IMG/VR virus record: IMGVR_UViG_3300046782_000157
From: an uncultured virus (IMG/VR IMGVR_UViG_3300046782_000157)
Lineage: Duplodnaviria > Heunggongvirae > Uroviricota > Caudoviricetes
Length of the DNA: 20,000 nucleotides
Reading direction: 5' to 3' (one strand)
Shown: positions 7,229 through 12,689 of the stretch, one piece after another
Layout of the letters: each line of letters opens with the position of its first letter
Numbering within the stretch: the first letter of the stretch is position 1
Translations under genes and position numbers: made by a program
Notes under the pieces: model-generated
Database searches by the model: none
What the model saw: only the letters and a program-made list of their open reading frames with translations
Told to the model about the DNA's origin: nothing

Positions 7229-7298
7229 GCCCTCCTTCGTTTTTGTGTTCTGTAGTACAAGCCGCGTCGGTTGTCCACGACGCAGCTTCTGCTACAGA
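7229..7298 (-). repeat. intergenic hairpin element, copy 11, plus SD
   Basis: TCTGTAGCA-G-AAGCT-GCGTCG-TGGACAAC-CGACGC-GGCTT-G-TACTACAGA. Confidence 0.9.
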
Positions 7299-7390
7299 TG
7301 TCCGACTGCGCGCCCAATGAGTGCGCAGATGATGACGACGATTGGCGCAGCCGTGATATACGTTGGCCAAGCATCTTTCCACTTGTACAT
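7292..7390 (-). CDS. small membrane peptide, 32 aa (MYKWKDAWPTYITAAPIVVIICALIGRAVGHL)
   Basis: SD AAGGAAGGT before ATG 7390; stop TAG in element 11. Confidence 0.7.
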   Translation of the reverse strand: MYKWKDAWPTYITAAPIVVIICALIGRAVGHL

Positions 7391-7394
7391 GTGT

Positions 7395-7455
7395 ACCTTC
7401 CTTTGTTTTTTATCGTTCAAGGCCGAGCGGGTTGTCCTTCGCTCGACCTTCAACG
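7395..7455 (-). repeat. intergenic hairpin element, copy 12, plus SD
   Basis: CGTT-G-AAGGT-CGAGCG-AAGGACAACC-CGCTCG-GCCTT-G-AACG. Confidence 0.85.
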
Positions 7456-7464
7456 CGCGGCTTG

Positions 7465-7803
7465 TTACGCCGCGATATGCTTCGCACAGCGGTGAACTCG
7501 CTTGCCGTCTTTGAATAGCGACATGATCGCGAGTGCTCCGCACTTCTCGCCTTTGACCGCTTGTCCGTTATACGTTGAGCCCGCAGGCCCGAGTTTTGTA
7601 CGCTTCGTGCGCTTCTTCTTGAAGAACACTGTCGTCGTTTTGCCTACGAATGCGTCGCACGCTTCGGCGACTGCTAGCTCGCGGTCGATTGCGGGCGTAG
7701 CGGTTGCTCCGCTTATTCTTGAATCCCGGCTTTGTCCCGGGCTTCTTGCGGACTTCGTCGATACCGGCCCTCTGCTTTTTGCCGGCTTTTTACGTTTTGC
7801 CAC
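7465..7803 (-). CDS. basic hypothetical protein (112 aa, GTG start), possibly nucleic-acid binding
   Basis: SD GAAGGAGGGTCAGTG; Lys/Arg rich; C-terminal KCG...CAKH. Confidence 0.8.
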   Translation of the reverse strand: MAKRKKPAKSRGPVSTKSARSPGQSRDSRISGATATPAIDRELAVAEACDAFVGKTTTVFFKKKRTKRTKLGPAGSTYNGQAVKGEKCGALAIMSLFKDGKRVHRCAKHIAA

Positions 7804-7986
7804 TGACCCTCCTTCGGGGCTTATTGAATTGCTCCTCGATTCGGATTATTCGGTTGAATCGAGGACGTGCGGAAGCGGGACGTACGCTTACACGGGGGTT
7901 TTTGACGGCGTGCTTATGCCTTGCCGCTTTTCCCGCTCGGGTGGTGCGTCCCTCCTCCTTCGGTCGCTTAGGCGCGACCGGGGAGG

Positions 7987-8013
7987 GGTCGAGAGAATCG
8001 GATTCTCTCGACC
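7987..8013. repeat. perfect 13-1-13 palindrome GGTCGAGAGAATC-G-GATTCTCTCGACC
   Basis: read directly; a related copy lies at 8530-8560. Confidence 0.9.
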
Positions 8014-8031
8014 TCCCCCGCTCGATCCCTG

Positions 8032-8406
8032 CTAGGCGCGAGCCTTACGATACGCGCCGGACGCGAGCCGTCCCGGTCGCTTCGCGGCTACCGCGTAGCC
8101 GCCGAGGCGGTCTACGTTCGCCCGGGTCGGGCGGAACCCGAAGACGATCGGGAGGGCGTACGCTCGGAGATCCGTCGGCGACTCGGCGAGTACCGCCCGA
8201 ACGTCGGCCGCGCGTACGTCTTCGATCCGCTCGAACGAGCCGACCCGACTCGGGATTAGACCCGCGTCGCGGCGAGCCGCGTAAGAGATCTCGCGAGTCG
8301 ACCACTTCTTCTCGCCGCCGTAAACGGCCGCGTCGATCTCGGCGTCGGTCTTTCCGGCCGCCGCGAGCTTCGCGATTTTGTTCTCGTTACTTTTACTTAC
8401 GGACAT
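8032..8406 (-). CDS. first gene of the leftward arm, hypothetical (124 aa)
   Basis: SD CGAAGGAGG followed by AACGAA-ATG; Ala/Arg-rich, protein-like sequence. Confidence 0.8.
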   Translation of the reverse strand: MSVSKSNENKIAKLAAAGKTDAEIDAAVYGGEKKWSTREISYAARRDAGLIPSRVGSFERIEDVRAADVRAVLAESPTDLRAYALPIVFGFRPTRANVDRLGGYAVAAKRPGRLASGAYRKARA

Positions 8407-8529
8407 TTCGTTCCTCCTTCGGAACTCCGGAATTGCCGTTCCGGTATCGGGAACCGCGGTACGCGGCTCGCGAGACGCGATACCGGAAATTGAAATCGGG
8501 AATCCGGTCGCGCCTCGCGAGCCGTCCGA

Positions 8530-8560
8530 GGTCGAGAGAATCGAATCGAATCTCTCGACC
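8530..8560. repeat. inverted repeat GGTCGAGAGA-N11-TCTCTCGACC
   Basis: same 10-bp arms as 7987-8013. Confidence 0.9.
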
Positions 8561-8937
8561 CCGGCGGCCCGCCGAAGGAAGGAAGGTCTACGGCTCGCGC
8601 GCCTACGCTCTAGAGCCCGGGCGCCGCCCCTATCTACGGGGGACGGCGACCCTACGCGCGTCCGATCGAGTCCCCCGGGCGGCTATAGGGCGGGCGGGGG
8701 AGGGGAAGCCGTAGACCGCCCCTCCGAAGCCCGCGCGTAGCGATCGCGCGGCTCCTCCGACTAGTACCGCTCGCCTCTCTCCTCGGCTCGACCGAGGGAT
8801 AACGTCGGCGCCCGTCTCCGGCTCCCTAAGCCTATTAGGGGGTCGGACGGGAATCCGCGTAACCCTAAACCGAGATCCCCGCCACGTAGCCTCCCTAGGC
8901 TACGGGAGGGTGGAGGGTTGGATACTAGGGGGTCTAG

Positions 8938-9279
8938 AAAATCCCTGCTAATAGGGACTATTCAGTGATCGGACGGGACGGGCTAGACCCGCATCAATTA
9001 GCCCGAAAAATGTAGAAAAGGGACTCCGGCCACGTACCGGCAAACCTGAGGTGAAACACAAAATTTGCTCAATTGCAATTGCTAAAAACAGTGTTAGAAA
9101 CAAATTGATGTAAAAATCATGAAAACCACCCCTTTTCCAGCTAAAAATCACAAAAATCATGAAAAATCACCCATCAATATGAAAAACATACAGAAAAATC
9201 CAAAATAAAAACCAATTCTGCAGAAAACCCCTGGAAATCAACACCGTTTTCCAAATAGAAAACGCACCAATTCACTTCA
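8938..9279. other. AT-rich non-coding region with phased A-tracts (candidate pac/terminus or origin)
   Basis: A/T tracts starting at 9112, 9122, 9133, 9143, 9152, 9162, 9182, 9194, 9202, 9224, 9235; AAAAATCA x4; lies between the divergent arms. Confidence 0.7.
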
Positions 9280-9498
9280 TACGCGCGTACGCGCCCGCGA
9301 CCCCTCCACGTTCTGCAGATTTTCTCCGCCTACGCGCGTACACGCCCGTACGGGAGGGCACTCTCGCGCGTAAGGCGGGCGCGGGCGTAGCGCGCGCGAA
9401 CATGAGTTGTTAATAGAACTTAAATGCGCGCGCCCCCGCGCACCCGCCCCCGCGCGCGACACAAATAACAACTAAATGCGCGCGCGTACGTGCGCGTA
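9280..9498. repeat. cluster of CGCGCGTA/TACGCGCGTA motifs and a TAAATGCGCGCGC direct repeat
   Basis: TACGCGCGTA at 9280 and 9331; CGCGCGTA at 9365 and 9481; TAAATGCGCGCGC at 9421 and 9473. Confidence 0.8.
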
Positions 9499-9584
9499 AG
9501 AGCGCGACCCCCATCCGACCCCCATCCGACCCACCCCGCAGGTAGAATCACCCCACACTCCACACCCCACAAAGGAGGCGCACA

Positions 9585-9782
9585 ATGTCCACCACGCAGA
9601 TCCAGCAAAGCAAGACACAAAACAAGGGAACCTGCGACTTTCAATGGGGGCCGGGCTGCACCGCAAAGACATCCCCAGACCAGACTCACCTCTGCCAACT
9701 CGCAAGAGGACACACAGCCAACCAGTGCGAATGCTACTACTGCGGGCTGAAGCAGGTCAACGCCAGCCGCTCCCGAGTGTAA
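9585..9782 (+). CDS. small Cys/His-rich protein (65 aa), first gene of the rightward arm
   Basis: SD AAAGGAGG at 9571-9578; six Cys. Confidence 0.75.
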   Translation: MSTTQIQQSKTQNKGTCDFQWGPGCTAKTSPDQTHLCQLARGHTANQCECYYCGLKQVNASRSRV

Positions 9783-9901
9783 CCCCCGACCCGACCCGAA
9801 CCGAACCAAAACTCGGCAAGCGTCGGAGTCCGAAACGCGCTAGAGTCCCGAAATACGCCCCTCTGCCCCTCCACTCTGCCCCTCCACGGAAAGGAGTTCA
9901 C

Positions 9902-10267
9902 ACGAAAGCCCTAGATCGCCTTCATTGGCACACTCACATCGACGGGCTCGACTCGATCGAGCGGCAGCTTCGCCAAATGCGAAAGGATCTACATCATATG
10001 AGCACACAGATGGACGAACTCAACACCGCGATTCAGAATCTCGTCTCTGACGCGCAAGCCAACTCCGATGCCGTCAATGCACTGATCGCCAAGATCGACG
10101 CCGTGGGCGTCACGGCGGATCTCTCGGATGAGATCCAGGCCGTCAAGGATGCCAGCGCCAGCCTCGAAGCCAGCAAGGAGGCAGCCGACGCCGTGCTGAA
10201 CCCGCCGGCAGCCCCGGCCGAAGTGCCGGCGACCGATCCCAACGCTCCAGAGGTCAACCCTCTGTAG
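9902..10267 (+). CDS. coiled-coil, Ala/Asp-rich hypothetical protein; start uncertain (ACG 9902 or ATG 9998)
   Basis: 3' part of ORF 9644-10267 is protein-like; the strongest SD (AAAGGAG 9890-9896) precedes an in-frame ACG. Confidence 0.65.
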   Translation, partial: TKALDRLHWHTHIDGLDSIERQLRQMRKDLHHMSTQMDELNTAIQNLVSDAQANSDAVNALIAKIDAVGVTADLSDEIQAVKDASASLEASKEAADAVLNPPAAPAEVPATDPNAPEVNPL

Positions 10268-10365
10268 CCCAACACCAACACCAGGACTCACAATGTGGGG
10301 CGCGCACAGTAGGAGGGGCTGCGCGCCCCGCAACACGTAACAACAACAGAAAGGAAACAGGACGC

Positions 10366-10488
10366 ATGCCAGCCCGTAGTCAAGCACAAAGACGCTGGGC
10401 CTACGGCGTCAAAGGAGCGAAGTGGGCCAAGAAGCACCATTTCAATAACAAGGGCAAGCTGCCAGCCCGCTCAAGAAAGCGGAAGTAG
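10366..10488 (+). CDS. small basic peptide, 40 aa (MPARSQAQRRWAYGVKGAKWAKKHHFNNKGKLPARSRKRK), not in the ORF track
   Basis: purine-rich SD region upstream; MPAxSxAQxR...LP pattern recalls DUF3008-like small basic proteins. Confidence 0.7.
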   Translation: MPARSQAQRRWAYGVKGAKWAKKHHFNNKGKLPARSRKRK

Positions 10489-10491
10489 GCA

Positions 10492-11556
10492 GTGGCAGCA
10501 GTAGCCATGCCCAAATGGTGGGCCGACAAGAGACTCCGCAAAGAAGCTCTGGAGTTGAAGCTCGGACTCAGGAAACGGCCCAGCGACGTACCACACATTC
10601 CGGCGGGCAGCCCGGTGGACAGGGAACTGAACAAGTTCCAGAAGTGGGCGCTTTGGATCGCAGCTGGCAAGAATCCACAGACGCGCCCGAAGGACATCTG
10701 GAAAGCTGTACCTGACAAGATGTATTGGGACGTTCTGACCCAGTACATTAAGCTGCACAGCACCCCGCCACCGCAAAAACCACCGATTCAGCCCAGCCTT
10801 CCACCTAGCAAGTGGAAGAACACGCCGTGGGTGGTCAAGCACGTACATACCAGCCACGGTTTGCGCAAGGACGACGGCGTCTGGACGATCGACCAGTTGA
10901 TCGCCAGGGCCAAAACGGCCAAATGCCAAGCGATCATCTGCCAGATTGGTGGAGACACACCCGACCCAGACTGGGCAGAGAACGCCCGAGCACTCTACAA
11001 GGCCGGAAAAGCAGCAGGTCTGAGGATTGGGGCCTGGGGCCGGATGGACTACGTCAATTGGGAAACGGTCAAGGCCATGATCAAGAGCGTTCTGCCGTTG
11101 GACGGCGTTCTGGCTGATATCGAGGGTCGATGTCAGGATCAGGCGCTACCCGAGAAGCTCGTCAAGGAGTTTCCCAACCTACCAATGGGGGTGATCGCTA
11201 CCGGAGCAATTGATCAGTCTCTCGACGGCCTCTCTCCACCAGCAGTTGCTCAACGTTGGGGTGACCACTTCGACTTCGTGGGGCAGGACTACCACAAAGC
11301 CGACAACCCGATGACGCCTGATACTGGTGAGAACTTCGTCTACTGGCGCTCGACTGCCAAGGTCACCAGTGGGTTCAGGCATCTGCCCGAGGCGAAGGGG
11401 CGTTGGCACATTCCGGTGGTCATGCCGAGTGCCGAGACGTGTCCGCCGCTAGAGGCTCATCGTGCTTGGCTCAGGGACTACACGCCGCACTACGGCGTCT
11501 GGGACGGCGAGCTGGTGGAGGCCAATGGCGAGTGGGGCGTGTTCGCCAGTATTTAA
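10492..11556 (+). CDS. two-domain protein with Pro linker and a putative glycoside-hydrolase-like (TIM-barrel) domain
   Basis: AIICQIG...GKAAGLRIGAWG...DGVLADIEG resembles GH25/GH18-like barrels; PPPQKPPIQPSLPP linker; function inferred. Confidence 0.55.
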   Translation: MAAVAMPKWWADKRLRKEALELKLGLRKRPSDVPHIPAGSPVDRELNKFQKWALWIAAGKNPQTRPKDIWKAVPDKMYWDVLTQYIKLHSTPPPQKPPIQPSLPPSKWKNTPWVVKHVHTSHGLRKDDGVWTIDQLIARAKTAKCQAIICQIGGDTPDPDWAENARALYKAGKAAGLRIGAWGRMDYVNWETVKAMIKSVLPLDGVLADIEGRCQDQALPEKLVKEFPNLPMGVIATGAIDQSLDGLSPPAVAQRWGDHFDFVGQDYHKADNPMTPDTGENFVYWRSTAKVTSGFRHLPEAKGRWHIPVVMPSAETCPPLEAHRAWLRDYTPHYGVWDGELVEANGEWGVFASI

Positions 11557-11581
11557 CATCTAACCAATGAAAGGAGAGCAG

Positions 11582-12241
11582 ATGCGAAAGATCATTGTGG
11601 CGCTGGCAGTGGCCGGTGCTACGTTCGGGATCGCGACCGCAGTCAGCGCGAGCATCCCAAGCCCCAACGGCGTGTTTCATGGTTGTTATGCTCTGCACAA
11701 CCAGACGACCGACAAGGGCGTTCTGCGCTTGGTCAACTTCGATCAAGGCGAGGGTTGCCGCTTCTATGAGGCACCAGTCGCGTGGAACAAGGCAGGCCCG
11801 ACTGGCCCCAAGGGGGCAACAGGCCCGCCTGGCCCAAGAGGCCCAACCGGCAAGCCAGGCCCAACTGGCCCGAAAGGCCCCAAAGGAACAACTGGGCCGA
11901 AGGGTGCGACAGGCCCGCCAGGCCCGAAGGGCGTCACTGGTGCTCCGGGGCCAAAGGGCGCCACTGGTGCTCCTGGCCCCAAGGGTGCTACTGGGCCCAA
12001 AGGCCCGACAGGGATGAGAGGCCCAACCGGGCCCAAAGGCCCAACCGGCCCCAGAGGGCCAACGGGCACTGGTCAGCGTGGAGCGACTGGGCCAACAGGC
12101 CCAGGTGGGAAAGACGATGACGACAACTTCACCATCCTGCCGGTCTGCGAGAACACGTCGTCTGGTGAACTGCACGTCAGTCCGCCCCACAGCTGTACAG
12201 GCCAGGACGAGATCATCATCCATCTCGTGAAGGCACCATAA
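11582..12241 (+). CDS. collagen-like protein with N-terminal signal peptide
   Basis: [32 protein letters not shown]; 30 uninterrupted Gly-X-Y triplets plus 5 more. Confidence 0.9.
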   Translation: MRKIIVALAVAGATFGIATAVSASIPSPNGVFHGCYALHNQTTDKGVLRLVNFDQGEGCRFYEAPVAWNKAGPTGPKGATGPPGPRGPTGKPGPTGPKGPKGTTGPKGATGPPGPKGVTGAPGPKGATGAPGPKGATGPKGPTGMRGPTGPKGPTGPRGPTGTGQRGATGPTGPGGKDDDDNFTILPVCENTSSGELHVSPPHSCTGQDEIIIHLVKAP

Positions 12242-12348
12242 CTCGACAAGCTACCGAATTGATCTTCGGGTAGGATCGCGGGGCGTGAGACCCCTCGCGC
12301 ACCGGGGGAGCGGGTTCCTAGATACGCAAAGGCCCGCTCCCCACTATA

Positions 12349-12585
12349 ATGATCAAATACTTGACCCCATACCAGCGTGACACTATCCGGGTCGCCATCG
12401 AGATCTACAACGGGTTGCCGCTCTGCTATTGCGGCTCCAAGCACGTTATGCCTGGAAATCCAAACATTCAGGATCACGAGCTGCTGATATTGGCCGACGC
12501 GGCGGCGATTCTGAAGGAATGGGACGTTCAACCCGAACCGATCCCCAACCGGCCTGGCAAAATCAAGGTGAAAGGGTTAGCATGA
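12349..12585 (+). CDS. hypothetical protein (78 aa)
   Basis: ATGA overlap with the next ORF. Confidence 0.6.
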   Translation: MIKYLTPYQRDTIRVAIEIYNGLPLCYCGSKHVMPGNPNIQDHELLILADAAAILKEWDVQPEPIPNRPGKIKVKGLA

Positions 12586-12689
12586 GCGAGCGGGGTTGGT
12601 TCATAGTCGGTTTCATGACCGGTATGGGCACATGTGGGATCATCTTGGCAATTGTGGTCGAAATCGCCCTCTACAGAGCAGTCGTTTGA
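12582..12689 (+). CDS. small membrane peptide, 35 aa (MSERGWFIVGFMTGMGTCGIILAIVVEIALYRAVV)
   Basis: ATGA and TGATG overlaps at its ends; one hydrophobic helix. Confidence 0.65.
   Translation: MSERGWFIVGFMTGMGTCGIILAIVVEIALYRAVV

Larger units (their letters stand above)
7947..8882. other. CA/TG-dinucleotide-depleted block
   Basis: hand count: TG only at 8030, 8379, 8434, 8491 and CA only at 8303, 8404; none in 8493-8882. Confidence 0.9.

Noticed and set aside
551..7455. Intergenic hairpins as intrinsic terminators
   Set aside because: No U-tract follows them on the coding strand, and a conserved internal G.G mismatch is not a terminator feature.
551..7455. Repeats as a CRISPR array or canonical integron
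   Set aside because: Copies differ in sequence and are separated by whole genes; no cas gene, integrase or GTTRRRY boxes are visible.
7833..7865. Hairpin TCCTCGATTC/GAATCGAGGA as a 13th copy of the element
   Set aside because: A real inverted repeat upstream of the 7803 SD, but it lacks the G.G and U.G signature.
7950..7980. Hairpin followed by SD-like GAAGGAGGAGG on the minus strand
   Set aside because: No ATG/GTG/TTG at usable spacing; only an ACG-initiated 11-codon frame, too weak to call.
7704..8714. 336-aa plus-strand ORF (and 8378-8740)
   Set aside because: Low-complexity Arg/Ser/Pro translation antisense to SD-supported genes; long open frames are expected where TGA is absent and GC is high.
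8948..9160. Phe/Ile-rich 70-aa minus-strand ORF
   Set aside because: Translation of the A-tract island; no SD.
10294..10332. GC-rich hairpin GGGGCGCGCA/TGCGCGCCCC as a terminator
   Set aside because: No U-tract on either strand; function cannot be assigned.
11471..12223. Antisense and alternative-frame ORFs over the collagen gene
   Set aside because: Shadow frames of the GGN-CCN repeat.
12345..12350. TATAAT as a -10 promoter box
   Set aside because: It overlaps the ATG of the next ORF and has no recognisable -35; the upstream hairpins (12277-12342) are unassigned.
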